A stretch of DNA of 64,000 bases from Eledone cirrhosa (lineage: Eukaryota), in NCBI GenBank assembly GCA_964016885.1, contig OZ024746.1:74276001-74340000 (forward strand), in the 5' to 3' direction. A program made the translations under genes and the position numbers. Shown here piece after piece: positions 40,542-59,512 of the stretch. Within the stretch, counting starts at the first letter, position 1; the number at the start of each line of letters is the position of its first letter. The notes under the pieces were generated by a model. That model was not told the DNA's origin, did no database searches, and saw only the letters and a list, made by a program, of their open reading frames with translations.

Positions 40542-41490
40542 CACACATATATGTATATATATTCATCCTTCCAGCTATCTAATTACGTATTTACGTATGT
40601 GTGTATGATTGTATATACGCGTGTGTTTCTCTCTCACTCACTCTCTCTCTCTCACACACACACACTCACACTCACACACACACAGGCACACACACAATTT
40701 CTTTTTTCCCTTCAACTCTTCCTTCTATCGATCTATCCCTTCACACATTTCATTTTTAATTGCCAGCCTGAAGTATTCATTTTTATTCGGTATATAGCTA
40801 GATATTCCTTTACCAGATTATGATAAGATATTTGATATTTACTGTTTGTATCAAATACACTTGATTACTCACTGCGACAATACACAACAAACAAGGCGAC
40901 GACCTTATGCAACTATTAGACCTTGATAACAATAAGGTTATGCTGTAAAACTGCTCCACAAACATATATGATATAGACCTTGCTGTTCAGTTGCTTCTAT
41001 TACCCTACCATACACTGTCTCTCTCACTATCTTTTCTCCAGTCGTTGTTCTTCTATCCCTTCCCCTATATAACTTCTATTGATCGAGTTCAATCCCCCGG
41101 CTCACACTTTCTGCCTGACTCTCATGCCCATCACAGTATATTTTCCTCTGTCACACATTATCTCCCTTCTTCTCATCCCTTCTAACTATCTAATTATTAA
41201 TCTATATATCCACATTTAAAACAATGATGTTGTAAATGCATCATAAATACTCATGAAATGATCAGACACACACCAATATACATGTAGATGCAAACAGACA
41301 CACGCCTATGCATTTATATACAAACGCACCTGAACCAACACTGAGTTGTATACTGATACACACACACACACACATACATGCATATATACATATAGACATG
41401 CATATGTAAATATATTTTAATATATATGTGATTATAAATATATACATACAGCTCATACATTTACACACACACACAAATATACATATATAT

Positions 41491-41646
<156 letters not shown>

Positions 41647-42489
41647 GTATGGGGAGGCCGTATGCGCATAGTTGGCTGTTGGTATGTGATACGTGATTAT
41701 ATTTTAACTGTGATAGTGTGATGGACATTATCTCTATATCTCATCATCTTAATGCAAGCGTTTTCAGTCCAGCAAGCGATAAATAATTTTGTTACCAAAC
41801 TGAAAACGAAATAAATCTAACTTGATGGATGACTTGACCTATTGTAAGATCAGGTATCTCAAGCCCTTTACCTTCTAACGTCCACGCTAATATTCATTTA
41901 TAGCATTTTATTTACTGCTTCGTCCACTTGTTTTAGACAATGGTAATGTAGAGAGCAAACTGTTAAAAAAAATAAATAAAATAAAATAAAAAGAAATAAT
42001 AAAATACGTCATATTAAAATCAAGGCGAAGAATATACGTGATGGCTCTGATGGTTGTTTTGCTTTCTGAAGTTCAATACATTCTAAAATCGACGAATCCA
42101 AAACTACAGAGTTTAAATCCTCTTTCATAAATAAAAGCCAGCGTTGAAAATCATAATACGCATTCGCAGAGAACCATATCACCATACATATGTATGATAT
42201 ATTACTATTACGTATGTATGATATATTACTTTCACGTATGTAATAATGGGAATAAGTTTAAATCTTCGATTTACAGATATTATTGATGGAAGTCTATATA
42301 GACTTCCAGAGCTCATTGCCTGTACTTTCCATAATTCAATTAATTGATCACATTCGTTTATCTCCCTTTCTTTACGTTGTTTTAAATACATTAAACACAC
42401 ACGCATTACTTTCCATCTTCGAGTTATCTCTCTCTCTCTCTATCTATCTATCTATCCCACCTTCTCTCTCTCTAATGGTTTCTTATATA

Positions 42490-42692
42490 GGCACAATGCC
42501 AGCAATTTTCAGGGAGGGGAAAGTCGATTAAAACGACCACAGTGTGTGGCTGGTACTATATTTTATCGTCCCCGTAAGGATGAAAGGCAAAGTTAACCTC
42601 AGCGGGATTTGAACTCACATCATAAAGGGCCGTAACTCTATGCTGCAAAGCATGACGTCCGACCCTCTACCGATACTGCTAATCCGCCGCCC
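42490..42692 (-). mobile_element. SINE (major family)
   Basis: Reverse complement of the SINE body. Confidence 0.88.
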
Positions 42693-42917
42693 TTTTTATG
42701 TATATAATGATAAAACATTGAGAGGGTTAATTTCATGAATTGTTTCCCTTTACTAGAAGTAAAATAATTTTGTTTTGGGTTTATGTTTTTTTAATAAACT
42801 TTTTTAAAATTTATTTTCTGTCTCTTTAAAGTTAGTGAAATATCAACACAGGAAAAACGTAGAAAAACTAGTAATTTTTTTATTATTTACGCCGCAAAAA
42901 TGATGCATATCTTATCT

Positions 42918-43095
42918 TCGGTATCGGTAGAGGGTTGGACGCCATGCTTTCTAGCATAGTTACGTCCCTTTACGGTCTGTGTTCAAATCCAGTCGAGCTT
43001 AACTTTGCCTTTCATCCTTATGGGGTCGATAAAATAAAGTACCAGTAATGTACTGGCTAATTTGCTGGCCTTGTGCCAAAAGTAGAAACAATTAT
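42918..43095 (+). mobile_element. SINE (major family)
   Basis: Same SINE body. Confidence 0.88.
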
Positions 43096-43877
43096 TCCTG
43101 CCTAAGGTAAAATTAGTATTTCACATTCCATCTCATTTTGATGAAGCGCAGAATAGCCAAATTGCATTGTAATTCTCCCACCAAACTCTGAAAAGTATCT
43201 TTGTCACTGCATATTCTCGTTTGATTAAATCATAAAAAAATAAGGATGTGTGGCCACGTAGAAGATCAATTGCTAGCTGTAACTTTCAACTCATAGTTGA
43301 GCCGGATTAAGACATTTAACGACCATAAGCACAAAAGAGATTGTAAACCTGTGTAGTATATAAGGAACAAAAGGTCCATATAATATACTGGATAAATAAC
43401 TTTAAGAGACCTCTCTTTGCTTGAGGCCCTAAGCTCGTACACACATTGATTAAAGGTTAATCCAGTCCTGGAACACCTGATCCACTGCATCACATATCTA
43501 TAATGTCTACGAGTAATGGTTTTCAGGATCATCATATGTTTTTGTACAATTATGACTAAGTTCCTTATTATGCTTCTTATTTTTTTAAGACGGCAGCTTG
43601 TGGTTTGAATGATATCTGTATACTATCTCTACTATACCAAATGACTTACTAGAGGGTCGGTTGAGGTCTTATTTATCTTATGTTATAAAAACATACGAGT
43701 CCAGCAATGGGAAATAAATGACCTATCAAGTATTTGCGCGAAAAACAGAGAAGGTGGTTTCGTTTTAATATCTAGCACTCAAAGTAATATATTTAATTGG
43801 TCAAATCACCCTCATCCTTTCATTTGTGAAGTCCATTTTGTTCCGAGCATTTTGGCTAAGATTCTGAATTGAGGTTG

Positions 43878-43999
<122 letters not shown>

Positions 44000-45096
44000 T
44001 TCTCTCTCTCCCTTCTAACTCTCGTTCACTCTCTCTCTCTTTATAAATATGTATTTATACAATTGAAATGGGCGAGATCACCGTTAATGCCCCAAAATCC
44101 CTAGTGATTTCCAGAGCTCTATTTGATCTTTAACCTGTTTGTATTTTCGTTGTTGTAGTGGCTTTGTTGGTAACGTGTCTCCGGGCGCAATTTTCACTGT
44201 CACACTCTAACGTATTTTTATTACTCTAAGCTATAACTTATCGATTTATCGGTATCACCTCATTGTGTGGTTGTGAGAGCCCTATAAGATTGATTTCGAA
44301 AAATACTAATCGTAGCTGCAACTTTGATTTTTATATATATATAGCTGCAACTTTGATTATTATATATATATAGCTAGTCTCTGAAAAGCATAGACACCCC
44401 ATTTCTTTCTGACACTCACTCTTACTTTCTCCCTATCTTCCTATCTTTCTTTCTTTCTTCATTTTTGCTTTCCCCTTTTCTACCCCGGACTCCCTCCCAA
44501 TCTTACTCTCTGATGAAGAATAAACAAGTGAAACATTGGAATTTTTCCCTCCTCGCTGTAAATGGACTCATTAAACTCATTTATGAATTATCCTAGTGTT
44601 CCGGATTGTATCTTATCTTCTATGACATATGTTCCCTAAAAGAATGAAACTTAGTCGATTGTGCCTATAACTTTCAAGTATAAAAGTTATTTTCATACAC
44701 ACAAAAAACATAAATAAAATGAAATAAAATAAAAGATAAAAAATAAAATCATTCCACATTTCTATAAGGAATGAAAAATGAAATTTAAATGAAATTGGAT
44801 TGCCTCGTTATAAGAAGTATCTTTATAATTCAATCTACTCCCTTTCTCTACCCTTCTTGTTCTTTTCTTCCAAGTACACACATTCTCTCTCCCCACCATA
44901 AGATGAATAAAGCCTATGTGTTCATACAGATAAACATATCATTTTAATTCATCTCTTCCTTTCAATGTGGTCTCTATCAACTTGTTTATTGTTTGATATA
45001 TATATAAATATATCTATATATATGTGTGTGTGTGTGTTTGAGAAGGAGAGAGAGAGAGTGAGAGAGAATGGTTGAGTATGTAAATGAGTGTGTGCG

Positions 45097-45155
<59 letters not shown>

Positions 45156-45964
45156 TATATTAATATATATGCATATATTAATATACATATATGTGAAGGT
45201 TAAACCAAAGATTTCTTCAGTATATAGTAAAAAAAAATGTTATATAATTAAGCTATACATTATCATTCAAAAAATAATTTTGATTATTAATTTCGTATTA
45301 TTTACCTCTCAAAAAAAAAAGCAACAAAAGAAAAGAGAGAAATCGAACACAATGTATATGTGTGTATATAGCTAAACAAAGACAAATAGGTTTTCAACAA
45401 AGATAGTTTGTTTAGAAAATCTATAAGATGTTAATATTTTCCATTCCTCGTTATCGCAGTATTGTTATGTGAATGCAGATGATGAATAATATCTCGGAAA
45501 CACATGTATACAGCGCTATTACACCGATTTCAAGATAACTATGATATAATCACAGCTTAAATAGTCATGACAAGGCTAAAGTATGTTTATTATAAATAGA
45601 AGTATTATATATAGAAGTATTATATAATATTTCATGCGCGATTAAATGTTAGTGTTAATTAATGCTAAAATGCTCATCAATCTGAAATGTGGTAATAAGA
45701 TGTAAATGATAATATCAATTCATATGCTCACGACTAAATTTCTAACCGACATTCTCTTTTCAAGACTAATGCCACTAGACATGAATTGTTCTTGACCACG
45801 AGATATTATGTCACAGATGTCGTTTATAAAAAATAAAGCTTAAAATGAACTTGTAGGTAGATGAATGAAACTTTTGAAATGCATCATCTTCTAATCAGAG
45901 TGATGCAAGTTTTATAGATGGTAGGGAGTATATGACACGCTAAAAATTGTTCAAGTGATCTTAG

Positions 45965-46195
45965 TGTGGTGGATTGACAGCAGGAAAAAATTGATTTGTG
46001 GTATTTAGTTTTATATTCTGAGTTGAAATCTCTTTGACGTCTGCTTTGCCTTTCATCCTCCGGTGGTCCATAAACTAAAGTACCATTGAAGTACTCAGGT
46101 GGTCCATAAACTAAAGTACCATTGAAGTACTCAGGTCAATCTAATCGTCTTCCCAAAACTGCTGGCCCAAATTGTGTTAATACTAGAAATTATTA
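45965..46195 (+). mobile_element. Old SINE copy with an internal tandem duplication
   Basis: Diverged body; GGTGGTCCATAAACTAAAGTACCATTGAAGTACTCA occurs twice. Confidence 0.7.
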
Positions 46196-46679
46196 TTTCA
46201 TACTTCAAATCAATTTAATTCTAATCCAGTTCATGGAATTATAGTTGTTGGTATAGTTAATCTTTAGCCGACGTCAGCTACGATCAAGCAGACATAAGAT
46301 TATAAACCCTCCAGTCTGCGATTGTCCAAAGTGTCCTGCCAGTTCTGGGCTGATATGAGGAGCTGTGACCGCTATTTCTACCTCATTGAACTACCACACA
46401 TAGCTTCTTTCATTGATTCGATTTAAGCAAGACGTTTGGATAGGCGCGTATTTGGATTTTGGTGTTTATGCTTGACATATTTCTGAGAACAATTAAAAAA
46501 AATTCACGAAAAGAAAATGTAATAAGAATGTAACAACAATGTAACTCTGCAATAAAATTACATAAGCACATATTCTTAAATTTAATTTGTTTTCTAAGAG
46601 CGCGACTGGAATTATTGGATAATTATATATACTGGGTTAGGGATTGGTAGTTTCACTAACTCACTAATATTTTCATATG

Positions 46680-46832
46680 AATTGGCAGTATCGGTAAAGG
46701 GTCGGACATGCTTTCCAGCATATTTAGGCCCCTTTACAATCTGAGTTCAAATCCCACTGAAGTTAACTTCGCCTTTCATTCTTACGGGGGTCGATAAAAT
46801 AAAGTACCAGTAATGTACTGGATAATTGCTGG
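46680..46832 (+). mobile_element. SINE (major family)
   Basis: Same SINE body. Confidence 0.88.
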
Positions 46833-46948
46833 TATATATGACTGTGTGTGTGTGTGTGCCTGTGTGTGTACATGTGTTTATAACATGGCTCATTTTCGAT
46901 TCCTCATGCACATATATACTTGCATATACAACCTACAACACATGTACA

Positions 46949-47013
<65 letters not shown>

Positions 47014-47426
47014 CAAATAACGAAACGAAATTAGATTTCGTTTCGTTTGTAACTCACTTTTGTATGACTGACGCTTAAACAATTAAGTTAAAGATGTACA
47101 TCCATATATGTATACTGAAATACTAGTATGTATATGAATACACACACGTATACATATGTAGATGTACCAAGTTTTTTTCACTGGTCACTTTACTGTGAGT
47201 GGCCAGCTATTCTGTATGTAAACACACAGACAAACCGGTTTTTAGAGTCATACTGGTTTTTGAGGAAACACCTTTCCTCTATTCTCCAGAAAGCCAGACA
47301 AGGAATATTGAACTAGTTTCGTTGTTGTTACAACTCATCAGCAATATTTACCTATCTTATTTTAATGAATATATATATATATATATTCATTAAAATATGT
47401 TACCAACCACTTATTTACATCATAAT

Positions 47427-47470
47427 TTGATTTACAATTGTTTCATCCTCGTAGGACTCATTGGAATCAA
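47427..47470 (-). ncRNA. Decayed type I hammerhead-like motif (core CCAATGA)
   Basis: TTGATT-CCAATGA-GTCC/GGAT-GAA-ACAATTGT-A-AATCAA. Confidence 0.6.
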
Positions 47471-47814
47471 TTATTTTATAAAGAAATTCTCAACAAGTTC
47501 ATTTTTTTCGAACACACAAAAAGTCTATAGATTTTTATTTACATTTTACAAAACTTCGTAGTCATCAACAAGAGATTATGGTTATCACGTGCAGCCTGAT
47601 GTTATTTCATAGTGTCACTTGAACGGATATCATACACCAAAATGGTCTTGTAACCATAGGCAATGTCACTTTTCTATAGAATAAATTCTTTATAAATGCA
47701 AAAGAATTCAGGTGCACACACTCACCCACACAGCTGCACTCTCCCTATGCGCAGACAAATGCTCACATATACACCCTTCCAAATCAAAATATATGTGCAT
47801 GTATTATTATTTAA

Positions 47815-48337
47815 CAATAATTGTATCTACATTTGGCACAAGGCCAGCAATTACCCCCAATACATTACTGGTACTTTATTTTATCGACTCCGTAAGGATG
47901 AAAGGCAAAGTGAACCTCGGCGGGATTTGAACTCAGATCGTAAAGGGGCGTAACTATGCTGCCAAAAGATACTGCCAATTCATAATAATTGTTTCTACAT
48001 TTTTTGGCACAAGGCCAGCAATTTACCCAGTGTATTACTGGTACTGTATTTTATCGACCCCGTAAAGATGAAAGGCAAAAATATGAAAATATTAGTGAGT
48101 TAGTGAAACTACCAATCCCTAACCCACTTAATTTTGTCATATTATTGGATTGGCAGTATCAGTAGAGGGTCGGACGCCATGTTTTGACGCATAGAGTTAC
48201 GGCCCTTGCCATTCTGAGTTCAAATCCCGCCGAGGTTAACTTTGCCTTTCATCCTTACGGGGTCGATAAAATAAAGTACCAGTAATGCACTGATATAATT
48301 GCTGGCCTTGTGCCAAAAGTAGAAACAATTATTATTA
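47815..48337. mobile_element. Cluster of three SINE copies (two minus, one plus)
   Basis: 47815-47982 minus, 47985-48080 minus, 48146-48337 plus. Confidence 0.88.
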
Positions 48338-48581
48338 TAGACTGTTTGCCAATGGGCCTAACGGTTTACTGGGTGTATCATCAGGGGAGTGGTTTGTCCA
48401 TATAAGGGTATACATTATTCATCCAATTGTAAATTTCCTTCACAGAAATATTAAATTTTTTTATATATATGGTTAAGACAGATTTGTGTTGTTACATAAT
48501 TAAGTATATCTCTGTTATGTGCATTGCTGGAGAGTCGTGTATATATGTATGTATATATATATGTATATATATGTGTGTGTG

Positions 48582-48615
<34 letters not shown>

Positions 48616-48847
48616 GGGGGGGGGTATATGTGTGTGTGTGTGTGTGATTGGGTCTGTATGAGTGTGCGTGTCAGTCCCGAGTTCAATCAGGGTTAATCAC
48701 AATAAGGTAAACAATACATTAGTAGAATGTAAAAATCATGTTTAATATATAAATGTATTCTACAGGACTAGAACTGTTTCATTCAAAATAAATCATCTAT
48801 TGAATGAAACAGTTCGAGTCCTGTAAAAACCCTTTCTATATTAAACA

Positions 48848-48911
<64 letters not shown>

Positions 48912-49158
48912 GAGATATTTGTTGGAAATAATGATATCATTGTATATATATATATATATAAACACACACACACGAAAACGCAACGACGCTATGACTTTAC
49001 AGCAACTCGCATAACAGAAATGAATTTAATTATGTAACAAAACAAATTTGTCTTAGCTTCCGTTCGTATACATACACACACACATACACCCCATACGCAT
49101 ATATAATTATATGATTATATATATATATATATATATACACATATATATATATATATAT

Positions 49159-49243
<85 letters not shown>

Positions 49244-49873
49244 TAGATGTGTATGAGAGTGCAAGCGTATTTGTTCACATGTAAGAATGTTCTTAAGGGT
49301 GTTTGAGTGCACACGTATATAAAGGAAACTTTGGAATATTTGCAGATGTCTTTGTGAAACACTTCGCTATACTTTAGCTTTTCTTTCAATTTCTCTGTCA
49401 ATTTCTACCCCTTTACATAGAACAATGTGTTCTGAACTCTGAACATAAGTTATCGATTGGTGTTGGTGGGTGGCAGTTCCATGGGTAGTGAGATTGTGGT
49501 GTTGGGTTTGCGCTTGAGGCGATTGTCTTGTTATATCATAAATGTTCTGTATACCCCTCTCTACAAATCATTTCAACGCTCTATACTTACAGATAAATCT
49601 TTTTAGTGTGGTAAATAATTTCCTGAGCCTATAATTCTCCCCCCACACTTCCCTCTTTTCCCCCATCTATACATTTATCTACACATCTTTCAAATTATAT
49701 ATATTTCTATATGCATATACATATACGTACACAGACATACGCAAGGACATAAACACATACGCACACTCATACACACACACACACACATATATACATATAT
49801 GTATATATATAGTTTTATATATACATTTATCAGCATATATATAGGTATATATATATATATATATATATAAATA

Positions 49874-49953
<80 letters not shown>

Positions 49954-50153
49954 NNNNNNNNNNNNNNNNNNNNNNNNNNNNNNNNNNNNNNNNNNNNNNN
50001 NNNNNNNNNNNNNNNNNNNNNNNNNNNNNNNNNNNNNNNNNNNNNNNNNNNNNNNNNNNNNNNNNNNNNNNNNNNNNNNNNNNNNNNNNNNNNNNNNNNN
50101 NNNNNNNNNNNNNNNNNNNNNNNNNNNNNNNNNNNNNNNNNNNNNNNNNNNNN
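49954..50153. other. Assembly gap (200 N)
   Basis: Run of N; the flanks repeat each other (49830-49953 ~ 50154-50275). Confidence 0.99.
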
Positions 50154-50194
50154 TCAGCATATATATTAGGTATATATATATATATATATATAAA

Positions 50195-50280
<86 letters not shown>

Positions 50281-50320
50281 GCATATATTTATATACATAC
50301 ATATAAATAAATAAATATAA

Positions 50321-50351
<31 letters not shown>

Positions 50352-50719
50352 TATACGTATATATATATACACACACATAAGCACATATGTGTACAATCAT
50401 TTTTAGATGTATTTCTTTGCGTGTGTCTTCGATCACACCGAATCTTATTGTTTCCTGTTCAGCTCTCACTAGTTCCATTCTCTTAATTTCTGTATTAACA
50501 AACAAACAAATAAAGCATCAACCAAAACATCGTTATTTCAGTTACTTCAAAAGCATCTCCATACAAAATACCTCCAACTCTCTAACTTTCACAGAGATAT
50601 TTTCTCACGCCCGCTCTATAAAAGTGACAATATCTGCCTTACTCTCCATAGTGTAAACTTTTACGACGCTGAAGTCGATAGATTTCCGCCACTTTAGACA
50701 AAATATTTATACTCTGTTG

Positions 50720-53382
<2,663 letters not shown>

Positions 53383-53567
53383 TATTAAAGATACTATTTA
53401 CAGTTAGGTATATACTAAACTATAAACAACTATAAACAGGGAAGGTGAGTAATTTATTACTACCTTATTACCAGTAAGAGAAATAGCTCAATGTAAGAAC
53501 ATCAGTTGTTTTACAGAGCAGTAATATAGATTACACAAGTATCAAAGTTATGTTTAAAACATTTAAT

Positions 53568-53614
53568 TGCTGACAATTGTTTCTTCCAAACTTAAGCTTG
53601 GAATCCTCGGAGCA
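53568..53614 (-). ncRNA. Type I hammerhead-like motif, core variant CCGAGGA
   Basis: TGCT-CCGAGGA-TTCCAAGC/GTTTGGAA-GAA-ACAATTGT-C-AGCA. Confidence 0.7.
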
Positions 53615-54648
53615 TTATTAATGTTTGTACATATAATTAACCTCCTATTCAACTGAAGAATCATACAGATACATATATATATATATATAGATGTTGTGGA
53701 CAACAGTTTCATGTTTACAGGGTGGAATGGATGCTACATATATTATACGAGAAGTGTACAATAATTCAAATTAAGATTAAAATTAAAATTAAAAATAAAA
53801 ATTAAAATTAAAATTAAAATTAAAATTAAAAGCAAAGGGTGGAATACATGCGACAGATAATACAAGAGAATAGTCTAATAATTAAATTAAAGAGATAGTA
53901 CATGCGTTATTCATATACAAAGGAATGGAACAAGCAAATATATCATGCATATATGAGTACTGTATGGCAAGGTATTACATGAAATACAAGCATTATAAGC
54001 GAATATGTTAGTGTATTATGGTGGATGCAATGCGATGATATTTTCTGTATAGTTCAAATTTGTATGTGTGTAGAATATGAAAGTTACAGATTTCACATCC
54101 ATTACATATGTTGAGTTATATTTGTATTGAATATTTGTTATAGTAATGGATTGTAATTTGTGTTATTTTATCCATATTTATGGATTAGAGTTGTTCTACT
54201 GCGAGAATTTTCAACGGTTTAATATCCGGAAGCGGATATGGAATTAAGGGGAACTAATGCGTAAAGGGGGGGGGGGGGGTAACTAGCTCATTATAATAAT
54301 TAAATTCCTTGCTCTAATAGACATTATATAGTGCCTCAATTGAATCCCTTATATAAAAAAGTTATGTATTTATATTTAATTTATATTTAATTTTAAATAC
54401 AGTCTATTCTCTCATAATATATTAAAGTCTGTATTTAAAATAAAATATAAATCAGCAGTCTTCAGGAGTCTTCAGGAAAATTAAAAACAATTAACACACA
54501 TCCGCACCAGTCGTAACCAAAATGCTGAGACAAGAATTTAAGAATTTATTTCCAGTCTGTCCTGGAATTGAAATAAATTGAAAGAATAAAATGGACGTAT
54601 TCTGCTCAATGAAACCTAGCTCCCTTGTATTATTTGTTACTTCAAACA

Positions 54649-54793
54649 GGGCGGTGGATTTGCAGTATCGGTAGAGGGTCGGACGCCATCCTTCCCAGCA
54701 TAGTTATGTCCCTTTACGGTCTGAATTCAAATCCCGTCGAGGTTAACTTTGCCTTTCATCCTTACGGGGTCGATAAAATGTAGAAACAATTAT
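54649..54793 (+). mobile_element. SINE (major family), 3' internal deletion
   Basis: Same head and body. Confidence 0.88.
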
Positions 54794-55821
54794 TTGTTAC
54801 TTAAAACGATACAAATTTAAATTATTCTACGTATCTATTAAGTGTTAATTTCATTAATTAATTTTATTATAACCGATATAATATTGTTACCTGTGTTCGT
54901 AATTTGTTTGGTAACAGCAAAGCATTTGAAAGGATTTCATGAGTACATCAGAAGAAGGATAACCAATAAATTTCTTAATATAAAATTCCTTTTATTCGGA
55001 TATACTGTGAAGTTACATTTACAAACGTAGGTCCGACAAATAATGAGTGAATCAATAGCCAAACAAATGCCCGTTTGTAAACTGAATTCAACCCCAAAGC
55101 CATATTGTTAGAACGTTTTCATCTTTTATGTATTATGTTACTCAACATCAATGCTTTCAGAAGTAAATCTTTCGTTAGTATGAGGAGCCGCATAATATTT
55201 CTTTGTTTAGGCATCAAACGGTCTTGAATTTTAATTGTAGTTTTAATGAAGTGTAATAATTTACAGAAAAGTCAAGGTACATAATCTGTGCTTATAAAGT
55301 ATTTATAAAATTGTTGCACTGTGTGCAAGTGTTTGTGGAAAGTATACTGGTATGTTTTAGGACATATTGATGCAAACTCTAAATCACCATCTCTTGATAC
55401 AAATAAGTGAATAAGATTTGCAAAATATACAAATCTTGAAGAGAGAGAAAGAGAGGAAGTGATTGATCCAGCAACATCCATATGCTACCAGCACGTGTTT
55501 TGTAGAAATTCAAACTAGCGAAGCATATGAGCATCAAACGTTTGGACGGTAATGACGGCTGGTTATGCTGACTTAGAAATTGCCATAGGATAAGTGCTTA
55601 AATTATCCACGATATATATATATTTGTGTGTGTGTGTATGTATGTGTGTAGAAGTGTTTCCATTTAGCAGTGGCCGTCTTCTAACTTAATACGGAACCCC
55701 ACAGTAGATTCTTGATGAAGTCGAGACAGTGGGCTGTTAATCTCTAGCGATAGAAGAGAAACTCCTTCGTAGAAAGGTCCACTAACTTGATCTTGATATA
55801 CTCTCTCTCTCTATATATATT

Positions 55822-56035
55822 TAGAGATCCATGGACGAGTTCTCTCCATAAGTCTTTGTCCTTCATCATCACCACTATATTCTGCGTCTCCGGAGACCTA
55901 TTTCTGTCCTTAGGGCATCATATGTCATATGTCATATGGTCTTCCCCTTTCACAGTGTCTGTGTAGTGGTTCCCACATGTCGGTGTACAACTCTGAGTCC
56001 TTTATCCTCAGTACGTACTGATATATATCCTGAAT
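55822..56035 (-). pseudogene. Internally deleted relative of the 35355-35790 LINE fragment
   Basis: LRIKDSELY..WEPLHRHCERGRP aligns with LRMKDPELY..WETLHRHTGKGRP. Confidence 0.7.
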
Positions 56036-56064
56036 TATATATAAATAAATACATATACAAATAT

Positions 56065-56350
56065 TGTGGAGCACGTGGCCGCTAGTGGTAATGGTGTTGG
56101 ACTTACGATCATAAGGTTCGATTCCTGGGTTGCGTGTTGTGTTCTTGAGCAAAATACTTCATTGCACGCCACTCAAGTATGCTCAGCTGAAAATGAGTAC
56201 CAGCAATAACTGGGGGTTCAAACCATGCAAAAACTGGGAGTTTAACCCTGTCCAGGGGAGAGTCTATCACTCTCAGTCGCTTCACGCCATGAAACCGGCA
56301 TAAGCACCGGCCAAATGAGCTCCTTAGACTTAAGACAGACTTTAGACTTT
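56065..56350 (+). mobile_element. Second tRNA-derived SINE family
   Basis: A-box-like TGGCCGCTAGTGG, B box GGTTCGATTCC, central TTGTGTTCTTGAGCAA, tail (AGACTTT)2. Confidence 0.75.
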
Positions 56351-56608
56351 AAATACAAATATTATCACCGAAATAACTGTGAAACGAAACCGTGCTGCAA
56401 TATCCAATATCTAACAACATAAGTCTGCTGTCACTTTCGATTCATTTAAAAGTTTGTCAATTATATGAGATTGCTGGCCAGGACAATTTCTTGGGAAACT
56501 TTCGTGTCATTTCCTTAATTCTCTCATCGCAACATCTATTCCATCATTGGAGAAAGTTATAATTGCCATTAATAATTTCATTTCCTTTCGTGTGATTTAC
56601 GATTTTAT

Positions 56609-56640
<32 letters not shown>

Positions 56641-56676
56641 CCCTCTCTCTCTAAATCTCTCTCTAAATCTCTCCCT

Positions 56677-56739
<63 letters not shown>

Positions 56740-56821
56740 CCTCTCTCTTTCTCTCCCTCTCTCTCTTTCACCATTCTCTCTCGTATTCTTCCTATATCTA
56801 AAATTTCTCCTTCGAACACTC

Positions 56822-56911
<90 letters not shown>

Positions 56912-56974
56912 ACATATATATATATATATATGTATACATATATATATATATATGTATACATATATATATATATA

Positions 56975-57006
<32 letters not shown>

Positions 57007-57040
57007 TGTATACATATATATATATGTATACATATACATA

Positions 57041-57077
<37 letters not shown>

Positions 57078-57449
57078 GTATACATATATATATGCATATA
57101 TACATATGCATATATATATATATATATGTATACATATATATATATGCATATATATATATGCATATATACATATGCATATATATATATATATATGTATACA
57201 TATATATATATGCATATATATATATGCATATATATATGCATATATATATATATGCATATATATATATGTATATGTATATATATATGTATATTTATGTATA
57301 TGTATATATATATATGTATATATATATATGTATATGTATATATATATATATGTATATGTATATATATATATGTATATGTATATGTATATATATGTATATG
57401 TATATGTATATATATATGTATATATATATATATATATATATACCTATAC

Positions 57450-57500
<51 letters not shown>

Positions 57501-57501
57501 C

Positions 57502-57533
<32 letters not shown>

Positions 57534-57557
57534 GCATATATATATAAATATACATAC

Positions 57558-57616
<59 letters not shown>

Positions 57617-57622
57617 CATATA

Positions 57623-57684
<62 letters not shown>

Positions 57685-58221
57685 AAGAGAGTGAGAGTTG
57701 TGAATATGAGTAAATTGCACACATATAAAAGTAAATGTTCAGGTAGACATATCTTTTTAGATCACACTGTGCATACATACATATATAACGTTGAATACAA
57801 ATAGATATATTAGAAATGTGTAATATATATATATATATATAATACACATATATATGATGTATGTATGTGTGAATGTATGCTTGCGTATAGCCATAAATAT
57901 ATACTTGTAATTATCTATATATCTATTAATATATTTCGTATGTATACATATATGTATACGTTTATTTATACATATATCTATATTCACGTATATTATATAC
58001 GATGCCTGTTTACAATTTACTCAGAAATATATTTATGTGCATATAGGTATATATGCATATTAATATACGGATAAATACGTGTAATGTACATTTACAATTT
58101 ATATATACCCCCTACTCTTCGACACTTCCAATCCCTGACACTATCCTTCTCAGTCTAAATATATATATATATATATACACACACGTATATATACATATAT
58201 ATATACATATATATACACACA

Positions 58222-58276
<55 letters not shown>

Positions 58277-58350
58277 CACACATATACATACATATATATA
58301 TATATACACACACATATATATACATATATATATACATATATATACACACA

Positions 58351-58396
<46 letters not shown>

Positions 58397-58470
58397 TATA
58401 TATATATATACCACACATATATATACATATATATATATATACACACATATATATACATATATATATATAT

Positions 58471-58509
<39 letters not shown>

Positions 58510-58931
58510 CATATATGTGTGTGTGTGTATGTCTATGTCTATGTATATATATATATATATAAAATCATATATGTATATACGCATGCTCTTGCGTTTATGT
58601 AATTGTCGCATGGATAGAAATTAGAATATTATCTTGATGTGTGTAGAACGGCACATCAAACCTCTAATCCGGTCGTTAAATTCATAAACAAAATCTGAAT
58701 TTCCTCAAGTTATTAAGATATAGAGGAAGCTGCGTACGATTTCTATGTAAACAGAGTAATAGTTAATAGAGGGGTAGGGGGCTGGATATAATCACCACTC
58801 ATATTACCTTATAGCAATATTAACAGAAATAACACACAGCTACATTAATACGCTCAACAAAAACAATTTACACACATGACAACTAAGAGCAATGACAACA
58901 TTTCGAACAAAAATGTCTAACATTCATTACA

Positions 58932-59059
<128 letters not shown>

Positions 59060-59119
59060 GTATATATATATATATACATATATATATATACATATATACA
59101 TATATATATATGTGTATAC

Positions 59120-59208
<89 letters not shown>

Positions 59209-59216
59209 ATGTATAC

Positions 59217-59331
<115 letters not shown>

Positions 59332-59339
59332 ATGTATAC

Positions 59340-59408
<69 letters not shown>

Positions 59409-59414
59409 CATACA

Positions 59415-59512
<98 letters not shown>

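Larger units (their letters stand above)
53400..55500 (-). mobile_element. Decayed Penelope-like element with a 3' hammerhead-like motif and a SINE insertion
   Basis: RT-like FGVEFSLQTGICLAIDS at ~55050-55105. The 3' part (53540-53830) is homologous in inverse to 63690-63960 and carries the motif at 53568-53614. Confidence 0.55.

Noticed and set aside
44495-44540. CTGATGA..GAAAC motif
   Set aside because: Stems I and II do not pair; at most an eroded remnant.
49830-50275. Direct duplication flanking the N gap
   Set aside because: Most likely overlapping contig ends, i.e. an assembly artefact.
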